Shown: in pieces, positions 1 to 13,879 of the stretch | Layout: every line of letters begins with the position of its first letter | How positions within the stretch are numbered: the first letter of the stretch is position 1 | Origin: Eledone cirrhosa | Lineage: Eukaryota | Direction of reading: 5' to 3' | NCBI GenBank assembly: GCA_964016885.1 | Contig: OZ024741.1 | Span: forward strand, 163,122,001-163,186,000 | Length of the DNA: 64,000 nt | Notes under the pieces: model-generated | Database searches by the model: none | What the model saw: only the letters and a program-made list of their open reading frames with translations | What the model was told of the DNA's origin: nothing | Made by a program: the position numbers and the translations under genes

Positions 1-1443
1 GTTAGGATGTATAATCATGTTTAAATGTGTTACCGTTCGTATACTCTGTAAGGAACATAGAATTGAAATGGTTTAGGAGAGACAGTAAGAAATTGCCAGA
101 TCTTAAGGTTTGAGGTAATATACATTTCAGAAGTGTTAGTGTACAGTTCATATATTTCTACACTGTTGAGTCTGCTCCATGAAAATACGTATTATATCAT
201 TTAGGAATGCAGTTGACTTTTCTCCTGTTTGGGAGATATATTTTTATCCGGCATAACACTATGAAATTGAAACTAAACACCACCGTTTAAGAACCTCTTA
301 TGTCTACTATTGACTTCACATATATATCCTATATCGGATATGTGAACAATATAATTATTTATATTTTCTTTGTTATCTATCCAATTGTTATTTCTACATG
401 CATTTCAGAATACATAGTTGATATCAACTGATTTTCAAGAGATGCTCATTATGAAGATTTGGAAAATGAGTGTTTAATTGTTTTTAATGTTTATAAAATT
501 ATGTTTTATCTTAATCTAATACACCGTCTCTCATAAAGTTTTACAAATTTATTTCCTCCAGAATCGAACGAAATTTATTTCAAATTTAGATGATTGCTGA
601 AACTGTTTCCGTTGCTGGAACAGGGCCGCCAATATAGCAGAAAGTACTGAATATAGCCTCAAAACTACTACATAATCCAAAGATAATGTTATAAAGTGTT
701 CATAATGTATATGATGACTGACGGCCACGTCAAGCTTTGAGAAATCATGTACAAGGTCATTTATTTTAAATTCACTTACACTACATATAGATTTGAGGAA
801 AGCATAAGACACACTACTCCCCATCTCCTCTGAACATTTCAATCGTACTCTGGGTATATAAAGATTGAAAGTGTTAAATTAACCATAAGAACGGATTAGA
901 TTATGGATATTACTAAATTATTATTGATGTCCATTTAACTTCTGAAACAATTGATGCTTACTTGGCAGAATCCTTAAAGCGCGAGAGAAAATGCTTTGGT
1001 TATTTGTTCCCGTTCTTTAAGTTCAAATCCGTCGAGGTATAACTTACCTTTACTCTTTCCAAGTTAATCAAGTACTTGATAGACTTTCTCCGCCCTAAAG
1101 TTTGTGGCCTCGTGCCTTGATTAGAGATTATTATGTAATTGATGTTTATTTCGTTTAGTCTCAGCTCAGGCGTTGCTATATACCATAGAAAGTAAACAAC
1201 GAACTTCCATTCTGTTCATTTGGTCATATAAGGTGTATACGCAACACTCTTGTCAATTGGGTGTATCTACTGAAAATACGTGCTTCAAAACACTCAGTCT
1301 TATTTGCGTTCATTAACATTAACCTATTTTATTGTGTTTTAAGTTACAGTTATGATATAACATCTAACGCATATGTTATATCATATATTATTCAAATATT
1401 TCAAAATATATACACAATTTCCTTTTTATTATATGTAAACGTA

Positions 1444-1561
1444 GTGAGTTCAAATCCCGCTGAGGTTAACTTTGCCTTTCATCCTTACGGGGTGGATAAA
1501 ATAAAGTACCAGTAATGCACTGGTTATTTGCTGGCCTTGTGCCAAAAGTAGAAACAATTAT
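1444..1561 (+). mobile_element. SINE copy (dominant family)
   Basis: B-box, core and tail match 26880-26998; a more diverged copy lies at ~960-1130. Confidence 0.8.
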
Positions 1562-2344
1562 ATGTAAACCTAAAGAGATTTGAATGAATATTTTGCGGAT
1601 AAGAATAAAAGTTATTTTTATAAACGTGTTATTTCTAAGTACTCTCACTGAAAAACAAAACTAAAACATCATTAGTATGAATGTATGTATAGTATATTTC
1701 ATAATATACTGTATGTTTAATTAAAAACACTTTGAAGACCATTCGCTATGAATTTTAAAGTAGTGACTACGTCACTTACCTATTCCTGACAAAAACAAAG
1801 AGGAGTAATCGACAGTCCTGTTTCTCGCTCGTTAGTGGTTATCAAAACTACTTACCCCTTCGCTTTTGCCGATAATTATAGAAGCTGGACTCTTATAGAA
1901 TTCCAGTAAAGTTTAAGAGCTGATTAAACAGAGCAGTTGCCAATACAGCAAACATTAGGTATTAGTATTGTGTTCTGAAATAGCGATGTATATATGAATG
2001 TATGTAATGATGTAGATAACTAGCACAAAGTATATTTTTGAACTTCACTGTATTATACACATAATGTGCTGGGCCAAAAATAATGTATAACTCTTTGAAA
2101 TTACAACCTTAATTGCAAAAATAAATCATTAGCGTAAAGGACAAGTAATATCAAAATGGAGAATGGAGAGAACTTCTGACATTTCAGTTTTCCAGAATTT
2201 TAAATGTGACTGAATCTTATCTTAGATACATGGTGTGGCAACTCCAAAAGTGTTTTTGTCTCCCCAGAAACGCATATCATAATTACTGTTTCCGTGACAA
2301 CTAAATTCTTTTTTTACATTATCAGAGTTGGAAAATGCAAATAA

Positions 2345-2489
2345 TGGTTTCTTATTTAAGCACAAGGCCAGCAATTTTGAGGGGAGGGAAAAGTCGATGA
2401 AATTGACCCCAGTGCGTGACTGGTACTTTATTTTATCGACCCCGTAAGGATGAAAGGCAAAGTTAACCTCGGCGGAATTTGAACTCAGG
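2345..2489 (-). mobile_element. SINE copy (dominant family)
   Basis: Reverse complement of B-box, core and tail. Confidence 0.8.
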
Positions 2490-4092
2490 AAAATGCAAAT
2501 AATGATATTAGAAAACTTTCTAATATCATTATTTGCATTTGGCTACTGCATCGATGGTGGTGACCCGAGAAAATGTTACTAAATTGAAGTTATATATGTG
2601 ATAAAAGTAATTAGCAGTAATGAAAATTGCACTCAAATGAGGCAGTGAAGGACCTTCTGAAAAGTTATTTGACCATAAATGAAATGGGAATTTCCACGGA
2701 TCATGTATGTAGTTTAATCCAAACAATAGTTGATGTTAAATTATTTTATTATATTTTGTAATATAATACAGTCTTAAGATGTAGGTTTTATAATACAATC
2801 TGACAAATTATAACTGTGCGCACCGTGTAATCATGTAGCCCTTATAAAAACAACTGCTCATTAATTCTTAATACGGTAGGAATTTTACTGTAGAGGATTA
2901 TTCGCTTGTATTATGTTAAATACAGGACACACCTCACCTAACTATAATCCTATTTTTTTTTATTCTCATCTAACAAGAGAGTATAATAAAGTTTGAAATA
3001 TTAATTACGTTATATATTGTTATTTTTTGTTTTAGGCAATGAATAAAATAAACTGTGTTTAGAAATTATTGGGCAAGTTTTACTCAGCTGGTTTCCCTTG
3101 CGGGAATCATTTCTGAATAATATTTCAATCAAATCTAAATCAATTGAATTCATATTTCAGCAAGCCATACACTGTAGTATTTCACATTTGGTCACATCTA
3201 GTAAATTATTTAACAAAACTTAGTGATAGCATTATACCAGATACAAGGATTAAGTATAACTTTAGAAAATGCTACCATGTGTTATCGGTTTCAATTATTT
3301 TTTGTAAAGATCTTATAAAACTGATAGCACACGTTGACATTCTTAGAAAGCCATTATTTTAACTGGGTAATCAATTAAATGATCACTCTATTTTTATCAT
3401 AGATAAAGAAACATTCTAAATAGAGTATGATGGTAAATAGGTATGCCACCTAAAAAACTGTATCCGATTCCGTGTAATATTTTAATTTGCCAAGGAAATA
3501 TATTTTCCATTACAGAACAAAAATAGATTGAAACACTAACTACAATGCCGTTAATAATATTTAGGATTTATTAGAAAAAAATTTAAAAAATAAAGACCTG
3601 AAGGAAAATTAAGCAACCATGTTGAAAAGAAAACTGTTGTAAAAACTTTAAACGTTGTTCGCGATACTTCCTTACTTGTTTAGTAGGTGCTAACACAGTA
3701 ATGTTTGTAGTGTTATTTTAATGTTCTCGTAGAGATTCAGATGTGGCTGTTGTGAATTGTTATTAGAGATGCTGTATTAAGAGTAAATCTGCGGAAAGGG
3801 TAGATCTATTACGCCATCATTGATATTAACAGTGTAAATGTAAATTAATCAGAGTTGGAGTCAGATGCCTGAATTTAAGTTGTGAGAAAACTTCCTCTAC
3901 TTTTTTGAGAATGAAATAAAGAAAGGCATAGTTTTTCAATTTTCACTGAAACTATGTAATAATTGTTATCTCTTCCGCAACCCATTGTGTATTAATCCAC
4001 AGAGCAAAATTTATTGATATGGTCTTTTAGTTTTCCAGGTCTGAATCACCGCATCCTTGCTTTCCAATTGGTTCTGTCAAAAATTCCTAATT

Positions 4093-5928
4093 TCATTTTC
4101 CACCTGGCATATATGCTCCACCTAATGTGTCAAATTGTCGTTTTCCACCTGGCATAAACGCTCCACCTAATGAGTCAAAATTTCTTTTTCCACCTGGCAT
4201 AAACGCTCCACCTAATGAGTCAAATTGTCTTTTTCCACCTGGCATAAACGCTCCACCTAATGAGTCAAATTGTCTTTTTCCACCTGGCATAAACGCTCCA
4301 CCTAATGAGTCAAAATTTCTTTTACCTCCTGGCATAAACGCTCCACCCAAGGAATCGAAAGTACGTTTTCCACCTGGCATGAATGCACCCCCTAACGTAT
4401 CAAATTGTCGTTTTCCACCTGGCATAAACGCTCCACCTAATGAGTCAAATTGTCTCTTTCCACCTGGCATAAATGCCCCACCTAATGAGTCGAATTGTCT
4501 CTTTCCACCTGGCATAAATCCACCCCCTAATGAGTCAAATTGCCTTTTTCCACCTGGCATGAATGCACCCCCTAACGTATCAAATTGTCTCTTTCCACCT
4601 GGCATAAAGGCCCCACCTAATGAGTCAAAATGTCTTTTACCACCTGGCATAAATCCACCCCCTAATGTATCAAATTGTCTCTTTCCACCTGGCATGAATC
4701 CTCCACCTAATGAGTCAAATTGTCTCTTTCCACCTGGCATGAATCCTCCACCTAATGAGTCAAACTGTCTCTTTCCACCTGGCATAAAGGCCCCACCTAA
4801 TGAGTCAAATTGTCTCTTTCCACCTGGCATAAAGGCTCCACCTAATGAGTCAAATTGTCTCTTTCCACCTGGCATAAAGGCTCCACCTAATGAGTCAAAT
4901 TGTCTCTTTCCACCTGGCATAAAGGCTCCACCTAATGAGTCAAATTGTCTCTTTCCACCTGGCATAAAGGCTCCACCTAATGAGTCAAACTGTCTCTTTC
5001 CACCTGGCATAAAGGCCCCACCTAATGTGTCGAACTGTCTTTTTTTATTTGGCATAAAACCACCACCCAAAGAATCGAATGTACGTTTTTTGCTGGAATC
5101 TTTTGTAAGATCAGCGCTCCCTCCAACTGGTAGAATTCCTCCACCTAATGAGTCAAAGTGTCTCTTTCCACCTGGCATAAACGCTCCACCTAATGTGTCA
5201 AATTGTCTCTTTCCACCTGGCATAAATGCCCCACCTAATGAGTCAAAATTTCTTTTTCCATCTGGCATAAATCCTCCTCCTAGTGAGTCGAATTGCCTTT
5301 TTCCACCTGGCATAAATCCACCCCCTAATGTGTCAAATTGTCTCTTTCCATCTGGCATAAAACCACCCCCTAATGAGTCGAATTGTCGTTTTCCACCTGG
5401 CATGAATCCTCCCCCTAACGTGTCAAACTGTCTTTTTCCACCTGGCATAAACGCTCCACCTAATGAATCAAAATTTCTCTTTCCGCCTGGCATAAATCCT
5501 CCACCCAAGGAATCGAAGGTACGTTTTCCATCAGGCATAAACGCTCCTCCTAACGTATCAAATTGTCTCTTTCCATCTGGCATATATCCTCCCACTAACA
5601 CGTTAAAGGGTCTGTTTTCATCTGGCATAAAACCACCGCCAACGGTACGTTTTCCACCTGGCATAAAAGCTCCGCCTAATGAATCGAAATTTCTTTTCCT
5701 GTGTAGCACATGCACTCCAGTTGAAAAATCATTCCTGCGAGACAAAAGTATTTTGTTCACATCTTTGCTGTTAACATTGTCAAGATCCTTCTTTTTAAGA
5801 TAAAAGTGTGATTGTGTCTTTTCTGAATAGTCGGAATCTAAGTCATTGCCATCTTCCCAGTCTTCTATTTCTCTGACACCAAATGGGTCAGAAGCCAGCT
5901 TAGATCCGTAGTTTAGTTGCTTCTCGTT
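4093..5928 (-). CDS. Terminal coding exon of a multicopy neuropeptide precursor (FCAP/FLGamide/pedal peptide-orcokinin-like; xFDSLGGAFMPG-amide)
   Basis: ORF 4093-5961 has 33 copies of (Q/N/T/H)FD(S/T)LGG..., most ending GKR (amidation Gly plus dibasic cleavage), 2 degenerate copies and an acidic N-terminal spacer. Splice acceptor ttttattttcAG|AAC at 5930-5929 is phase 0, so the ORF's first 11 codons are intronic. No signal peptide in this exon. Family name is from motif resemblance, not a search. Confidence 0.93.
   Translation of the reverse strand, partial: NEKQLNYGSKLASDPFGVREIEDWEDGNDLDSDYSEKTQSHFYLKKKDLDNVNSKDVNKILLSRRNDFSTGVHVLHRKRNFDSLGGAFMPGGKRTVGGGFMPDENRPFNVLVGGYMPDGKRQFDTLGGAFMPDGKRTFDSLGGGFMPGGKRNFDSLGGAFMPGGKRQFDTLGGGFMPGGKRQFDSLGGGFMPDGKRQFDTLGGGFMPGGKRQFDSLGGGFMPDGKRNFDSLGGAFMPGGKRQFDTLGGAFMPGGKRHFDSLGGGILPVGGSADLTKDSSKKRTFDSLGGGFMPNKKRQFDTLGGAFMPGGKRQFDSLGGAFMPGGKRQFDSLGGAFMPGGKRQFDSLGGAFMPGGKRQFDSLGGAFMPGGKRQFDSLGGAFMPGGKRQFDSLGGGFMPGGKRQFDSLGGGFMPGGKRQFDTLGGGFMPGGKRHFDSLGGAFMPGGKRQFDTLGGAFMPGGKRQFDSLGGGFMPGGKRQFDSLGGAFMPGGKRQFDSLGGAFMPGGKRQFDTLGGAFMPGGKRTFDSLGGAFMPGGKRNFDSLGGAFMPGGKRQFDSLGGAFMPGGKRQFDSLGGAFMPGGKRNFDSLGGAFMPGGKRQFDTLGGAYMPGGK
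4096..5700. repeat. 45-bp coding tandem repeat (peptide units)
   Basis: Unit ...TTTCCACCTGGCATAAANGCTCCACCTAATGAGTCAAATTGTCT... repeats with mostly synonymous variation; interrupted by a spacer at ~5090-5135. Confidence 0.95.
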
Positions 5929-6827
5929 CTGAAAATAAAAATTAAAATGTAATGAAAACATCGTTTAGAAAGACCAAAATCGAATTTATCCGTTAATCAA
6001 AAAGATTGTATAAATATGAAATCATTAATTATCTATATTTATGACACATGTTAACATTTTAATAATAAAATTCGCAGTACATTATTGAGTATTGTTCTAT
6101 TCACTAAATATCATTTGACAAAATTTTGTTTTGTTAATTGAGAACATGAAAATTAAACACGAAATGCTTGTCCTTGAAAATATCATGCATGATGTTGGCT
6201 GGTGTAGGTCTTTCTACCAATATTAAATAATTTATGTCACCTGATTTAAAAGAGTTTGATTAAAGATATTTAGCAATTAATTTGATAAATATCGGCGTCA
6301 CTCTATGAGACACTGAAAATATATCAACATTAAACTTTTGTAAAATTAGCGTTAAAACAATATGAATTTCGAAACGAGAATAGCATTTTTGGGGTATAGT
6401 TAAATTCTAACATAGAAAATTAGCTAGGGAATACAAGCACCTCTATAGACACCTCAATTAAAACTGAGGTAACGTAACAAACATGTGTGTGTGTGTGTCT
6501 GATAAAGAGAGAGAGAGAGATGAACCATCGGTTTTAAAGACGAGTGTTACAGTTTGCTCAACAGTTCAATCTGCTCATGAAATTAACGTGTAAGTGGCTG
6601 AGCATTTCACAGATATGTCTATTCTAAAGAAGAGGAGGATATCAAAATAGATCTCTTCTATAAACTTACAGTCACATACGAATATATAAATTTCTGATCA
6701 CATACAAAAAGGAACATTTCCTTCAACATGACACGACGCATTCGAACCATAGCCTTAAACACTGCATTACGGGAAAAACATTTAATACATATCCTAGCAC
6801 ATTATTTTTCAATATTTTGTGGGTGGA

Positions 6828-6992
6828 TTGGCAGTATCAGTAGAGGGTCGGACGCCATGCTTTCCAACATAGTTACGTCCCGTTACGATCTGAGTTCAAA
6901 TCCCGCCGAGGTTGACTTTGCCTTTCATCTTTACGGGGTCGATAAAGTACAGGTAATTGCTGGCCTTGTGCGTAAAGTAGAGACAATTATTT
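6828..6992 (+). mobile_element. SINE copy (dominant family)
   Basis: A-box, B-box, core and tail present. Confidence 0.8.
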
Positions 6993-9082
6993 TTCAATAT
7001 TTTAACCATAAAGTTTGCATAATATCCTTTCACAGTGCCTTTTTTTTAATATAACATTTGTGTTGTTCAATTGTTTTGAAAAATCTCTATAGAATCTTTC
7101 TAATTCCTGCATCGTTGAGCATTTATTTCTATTCAATTTTTAAGCTTTCATTTGTAACAGACCCTTTTGATAATTAAAGAAAATGCGAATTATGAATCAT
7201 TACATATTTTGCGATTGAGTGAAGGTCTCTTCTTTCAGAAGATTTTTGATCTTAGGTATTTTCACTTTGTTAAATATCTATAGTATACATCCTCCCTTTT
7301 TTCAATTGCTTACCGTTATTCGTTTAATTACAGGTTAAGTTTTTATTCTTGGATTTTCTACATTTTTTCAATGTATTTTTCGACCAGGTTTGCACGAGTT
7401 ATAATATTCCAGTTTGAGTAGATCTGAGGGAGTACACATTTCCATGTGTATATATTATTTTGTTTAATCTGGTTTTAATTATGCCTACGTATATTTTTAT
7501 TACGTCTCCGATAGCTAGATTTGAATTTTTATCTTTCATTGTAGATTTTTATTGTTTGAAGACACATTCAGCGGTCTATATGAAGATCTATTGATTGTAT
7601 TTCTTGAAATGTTACCATCATTAATTTAGTTTCATGATAATGATTCCAAATTTAGAATTCCGATCGTTAAATCTTCAACATATTCTTTTATAGTTATGTT
7701 TGAGCTGATTCAATTTATGAAGATCAATAATCTGTGTGTTCTCTGGTTTGGTTTCATTGGTCCGTGTTACTTATTCTTTTTCGACTTACACAGGGCAACG
7801 ATCTCAATATTATTTTCCTTGATTGATCTTTGTCCAGTATTTGTGTTTATGTAATGTATTCTTCCTTTTAAGAATTTTATTTCGATTTCTGATAGTTTTG
7901 TTTGTTAGAATGGATCATCCTAAGTTATTTAGTTTAGATGAATGTTTTATACTTTCCCAATTTTACACGTAAATATTATTGCAGTTCCATTTTAGTTTCA
8001 GCTGAAGTGCATGTAAACTATCCTGGCAGAATAGAAATATAAACAGCGAGTCCATTTATATATGTTCGGATTTAATTTCAAGAATTGTAGTATGAAACAT
8101 CAAATCTAGGTTGATAATTTTTCTCTAACGATACAAAGTTTTTCCCGTTTCATTACTCATTTCTCTGTATGTGGTTAGAAGGAAGGACTAAATATGTAAG
8201 CGCTTTGTTAGCACATTATCAGTGTAACGCTCTTTTAGTTTGTTTTCAGGCAAATTGAACCGGTCTGAGGTTACGTTTGTTAACAAAGATGTTGAAATAC
8301 TCTGATGGAATGTCTGTTTACATGTGGATTAAACTGTTTTACATCTCTTTTACATCCAGATTGAATCGTTCAGTGCCCATTTTGCTTGATTAAACGTGGG
8401 ATGAATTGTCTACAGCTTTCTTTGTGTCTTTACATGCGGTGTACAAAACCGGCGTATGTAACGTATTAATTGTATAAATATAAAAATGAAAAAATTTCAC
8501 AAATAATTCAATGTACTACTTACGCTACAAAGATTTAGCCTTTTGTTAAAATACACAATATATTTCGCATCTGTTAGATCTAACCCATTAAGCATTGTGT
8601 TCCTTATTACTATTTCCACTAGTTTTCAAAAGCCTTGCTTTTATTGCCTGCTTTCAGTGTATTATGAGGTGTCATTTTGTGCGTCATGGGTATGTGCAGA
8701 GTTTATTTTCTTTTTTGTTTTAATGGCATTGGTTCTACCGTAGGTAAGGTGAATTGATAACTATTAGGTAACCATTGATGTGTATTACTTATTTTTGTAT
8801 GTGTCCAGTGATGTTTGCATAAACTGTGCTATATGGGTTGTCACTTCTGTAGAATATATGACTGGTGCTTATGTGGAATGATTTACCTGAGTTATTAGTC
8901 GTTATAATTGTTGTTTAACCCTAGCTCAACCCTGACAAAACATATTTCGTCTAACTACAATGGGCGAGCATTACGATAGTAATGTGCAATTTATATATAT
9001 GCACCTCTATGCCTGTCTCTACATAGTATGTAAGTGTATATGCATATGTTCATATATAATTCAAATTATAAGATATATGTGT

Positions 9083-9165
<83 letters not shown>

Positions 9166-9220
9166 CGGAGAGAGGGAGAGAGAGAAAGAACCATATATCG
9201 TTAGAGAAACACAGTTTTCT

Positions 9221-9267
<47 letters not shown>

Positions 9268-10049
9268 CATATGTGTATAAAGTATACAATGTTTTGGAGA
9301 ATGTACAAACTTTAAGGTGGAAAAGTTTTGTTATTTTCCTACGGTACCGTTTCATAGTTCGTAAACTGAAGTAAAAATCGATCTAAGTAATCGATTATCG
9401 ATTACCGGCTATTGTCTTTGAATTATTGAGACTCTGGATAAACGGCTATTGAGCTATACTACCAGGGAACATAATTATCATACGTATTATATACATGATG
9501 ATACGTTAATTTAGTCTATATCTGTACATGTCTCCCGTCAAGTAACATTACTTTTACACACAAACATCATAGTCTACCTTTTGTTTTGTAGAGTGAAGAT
9601 CCATCCACTTGTTTTCTATCATCTGCTAATTTTATCTACTCTGATCTCAGAACAACCTCCTTCATTGCTTATTATAAGATAATTATACCTAGATAAGAGA
9701 AGCTATTAACTATTTCTGTGGATTTCCCATCCCGCACTGGGACTGGAAAAAAGTGTTTATTTCATTGGTGTTCCTGCTACGAACTTTCCATGCGCCTCTT
9801 CTACATATAAACTTTGCTTTTTAGTCTGCCTGCTATCTCACTACATTTCGTTTGTAACCAAGATTTACATTGTTACCATCGTATAGAGTTTCTGCATATC
9901 TAACAGGTTCATTTCCATAAAGTCTTGTCTCCTTTTTTACTCACTAAGATCTTGGTTTTTCCCATGTATACTTTAAGCTATTTTGATTCTGATTTCTAAA
10001 TCCCAAGCTAGAACTTCTACTCAAGCCCTTCCACGGAGTCAGCTATACG

Positions 10050-10700
10050 AACAAAGTCACCAGTATGTAGAAGTTCCCATAGAAAGCCAGTCATGAATCC
10101 ATCCGTTATGGCCTGAAGAGCTATAACAAACATGAGTGGGATGATTGACACCTACCTGAACATTGAATTCCTCACTAAACCTATCAGCTACTCTCACTAT
10201 ACTGACAGATCCCTTGCACTTGGCTTGCATTGCTATCACAAGCCATTCTTCTACGCCTAGCATCCTTAGAGATCACCAGAGGACGGACTATGGTATTCTC
10301 TAATTCTATGAAAGCTAGATATAGAGGCTGAGACGGACCTAGGAACTTCTCTTGCAATTGTCTCACTAAGAAACAGCACATATGGTGCTCTTCCCTGACA
10401 TAAAACCAAATTGCATCTCATCGAATTTAACTTTCTCCCTAATTTGTTGCGTCAGAACACTTTCTCTTACTTTCAAACCTTGGCCATCAAATTTGTCTCT
10501 TAAGATACTCCCTTCTAATGCATCACCTGTTCCTCTGTAACAATTAATGATTATGTGTTACCTAATTAATTATGCGGTGACTAATCCGATCCTTACTTTC
10601 TCAGAGGAACTTTAGCAGTTCTGCAACTATCTCTGAGAGAGTAGAAGATTTACCATATTTCATCTCATAGATTGTTTCTTTAATTCTATAACTGTCAATT
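10050..10700 (-). mobile_element. Degenerate RTE-like LINE RT fragment
   Basis: FLVRQLQEKFL..LYLAFIELE, SEEFNVQVGV and [15 protein letters not shown] motifs spread over several frames. Confidence 0.65.
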
Positions 10701-10714
10701 CTGATAGCTGGCTC

Positions 10715-10763
<49 letters not shown>

Positions 10764-10774
10764 GACACACACAC

Positions 10775-10825
<51 letters not shown>

Positions 10826-11635
10826 TATATACCATATATATATACATATATATATATATATATGTGCGTGTGTGCGTGTGTGTGTGTGTCTGCGTGTGTG
10901 TGTGTGTGTGCGCGCGCTGTTTGATGTCGACTTAACGAGTTCTTCTGAGGACAAAATATTTCTCTAATGAAGATTACTTCTTAAAGCTCGCCGAAGCAAG
11001 TGATTATGTCATTTCGATTAACTAATCGAGTAGTTACACATAAATATTTATTTCTGCTTAGCTTGATTGTTGATGAAATATATTATATGCTGAAGCCATG
11101 TTATCTCGCTTAAGCTGAATATTCCATCCCCTTGAAAATATATTCCATTCAAATTCAGTTAACACGAGATTTGTAATTGCATGCTAATATTTTTTCACTA
11201 AAGCACATTTCCACTTTAATCACTCGGAAATCTAGTAAATGCTACAACCACGATTATTATGTAATCGAACTATCACTTAAATAGTATATACAGTGATAAA
11301 TATCTTTTGAATAATCTATAATATTCGTTACATTTAAAAATAAATATTTAATGAGTTAATGATTTAAAATTAATTATATTTGTAGATTCACACCAAGCTT
11401 TGTTGAATAGGTAATGCTTAATGATCATATTGAAACAATACTTAACCCACACTCACTCAAACATACATACACACACTGGCATATATATATGTATGTATGT
11501 ATGTATATATATATATAAATATATATAATAGGGGGATTCCCGATGTATATTGGTAAAAAAAAGGGTACTCAATACGTTGGTAAAGGCATCTTTATATAAT
11601 AATAATTATAATAATAATAATAATAATAATAACAA

Positions 11636-12010
11636 TGACCGGGTGGTTTTGGACAAGGAAAAAAGATCGTGCCTGATTGTGGATGTGGCCTGCCCATTTG
11701 ACACGAGAGTGCAAGAAAAGGAGATGGAGAAAATTAACCGATACCAGGACTTAAAGTGGGAGGTAAAAAGGATTTGGAACTGCCATGAAGTCAAAGTCGT
11801 CCCGATTGTCATAGGTACTATCTCAAAGAGTTTCCAAGGATGGTTAAAGAAGATTAGTCCAGCCCCGCTTTTTGGAACACGTCAAAAGGCAGGCTTGCTG
11901 GGAACAGCAAGAACCCTCCGATACGTGCTGAATATCTGAGGCTGCAGGTAGCGGCTTGATATTCATTTCAACAAACTTTCCAGTTAAATAACATCAATGA
12001 CTGAGACTGT
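11636..12010 (+). mobile_element. 3' fragment of an R4/Dong-like non-LTR retrotransposon (restriction-like endonuclease)
   Basis: VVLDK..CLIVDVACPFD..V.EKE.EKI.RYQDL..E..RIW....VVPIVIG...QKA.LLGTA..LR.VL; flanked on both sides by (TAA)n. Confidence 0.85.
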
Positions 12011-12283
12011 AATAATAATATTAACAATAATAATTGTTACTACTTTAGGCACAAGGCTAGCAATTACCCAGTGTATTACTGGTTCTTTATTTTATCGACC
12101 CCGCAAGGATGAAAGGCAATAATAATGATGCAAGGTCGGTTTGTTATGCCTTCATTACGTTTATTGATTGGTAACGCCCTTTCGCTATTGATACGCTCAA
12201 GGTTCTATCTGTATCAATCTCGCCCGACTCTGCAATCAAAAGCCCGTCGGACATCTGGTGTTGTAATATATATATATATATAA

Positions 12284-12367
<84 letters not shown>

Positions 12368-12569
12368 CATATATATATAATACATATATATATATATATA
12401 TATATAATACATATATATATATATATACATATATATTTATATATATATTAGGTGTATAGTCTTTAATGCGTCGAAATACCAACGATAAATCAGAAGACTA
12501 CTGAAGAGGACATTTTAACCCTTGTCTATTTTTATTCATATATTCATGTTCGCAACAACGCAGCATGCA

Positions 12570-12626
<57 letters not shown>

Positions 12627-13099
12627 CTCCGCCTCACTACGTACACGCTGAAATACCTATGAAACGAAAACACCACATCCCCGCATCTCACATCATCCAT
12701 CGCTCCCCACCACCACCTCGTCACTATGTCCTCCCCACCTATGACACATACCAAAACATTCCTCATAGCTAAACCACCAATGAAAACAACATAAACTGAC
12801 CACCATATGAACGGGAAACGTTACAGACATTTCGATGCATTATATCTTCGTTCTCTCATTACAACACCAGAGGTCCGACGGGCTTTTGATTCCAGGGTCA
12901 CTGTGGCTTTTTAATGGGCTTTCTCCACAAATGTCCCTCGGAAGTCTCCCCCGTATTAGGGAATTTTTCATTGTTATTTTTTGTTACATCCTCTGTTTTT
13001 GCTTTTTACACGCAGAACTGCCCATTTGTACCGTCCTGTATTGTCCTATACTGTCCTTAATGTCTACTTTATGTAAACCCTTGTGGTTAATAAATAAAG

Positions 13100-13159
<60 letters not shown>

Positions 13160-13213
13160 AAGATGCATTTACCAGCGTATTGAGTACCCTTTTTTTACCA
13201 ATATACATCCCCC

Positions 13214-13266
<53 letters not shown>

Positions 13267-13684
13267 AGGGTTGTAGGCGGTATGCCGGTTGAGCACTCGA
13301 TGCTCGCGCAGAGCAGATTATAATATTATAAAGAACGAGGGCTCAGTATTGCATCAAATCACAATTTATTAACATATTACATATGTTTACTCCGTCGATT
13401 AGCTCTAGGCAGAGTCTGTTACAGATCGAACGCACAAGGCATATTTCAAGACCCTTCGAATGCAGAGTCGAGTTCGATCTGTAACAGATCTTACCTCGAG
13501 CTGATCGCCGGAGAAACATATGTAATATGTTAATAAACTGTGATTTGATGCAATACTGTTCCCTCGTTCTTTATAATATATATATATATATATATATACG
13601 TAGGTCCCGGGTTGAGTCGGGGATAACCACAGTAAGTAAGGTACTCAATACATGTCAGAGTAAAATTTTTTTATTTTATAGAAG

Positions 13685-13736
13685 GAGCTTCTACGGGACT
13701 AGTACTGTTTCATTCAGATGAAATCTTCAGGAAGCT

Positions 13737-13737
<1 letters not shown>
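13685..13737 (-). ncRNA. Type I hammerhead ribozyme (family A)
   Basis: Minus strand: gagcttc CTGAAGA tttc-atct-gaat GAAA cag-tactagtc-ccg TA gaagctc; perfect 7-bp stem I, GUA cleavage triplet. Confidence 0.8.
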
Positions 13738-13821
<84 letters not shown>

Positions 13822-13843
13822 TATATATATAAATATATATATA

Positions 13844-13875
<32 letters not shown>

Positions 13876-13879
<4 letters not shown>

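Noticed and set aside
4096-5700. Regular repeat resembling a CRISPR array
   Set aside because: Contiguous 45-bp coding units without unique spacers, in eukaryotic DNA with no cas genes
4127-5803. 558-aa plus-strand ORF (PPGINAPPNESNCLF repeats)
   Set aside because: Antisense shadow of the neuropeptide repeat; the minus frame carries the cleavage and amidation signals and the splice acceptor
7100-8480. Strand-biased stretch suggestive of an old LINE/PLE on minus (similar at 38900-39260 and 46920-47200)
   Set aside because: Too degenerate to assign a domain by eye
9578-9688. Possible exon with AG and GT boundaries
   Set aside because: Stop codons in all three frames
12455-12520. Scattered hammerhead-like words (GTCGAAA, CTGAAGAGGAC); similar cases at ~22825, ~29625, ~48205 and ~53905
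   Set aside because: Wrong order or multiple core mutations; cannot be folded into a credible ribozyme
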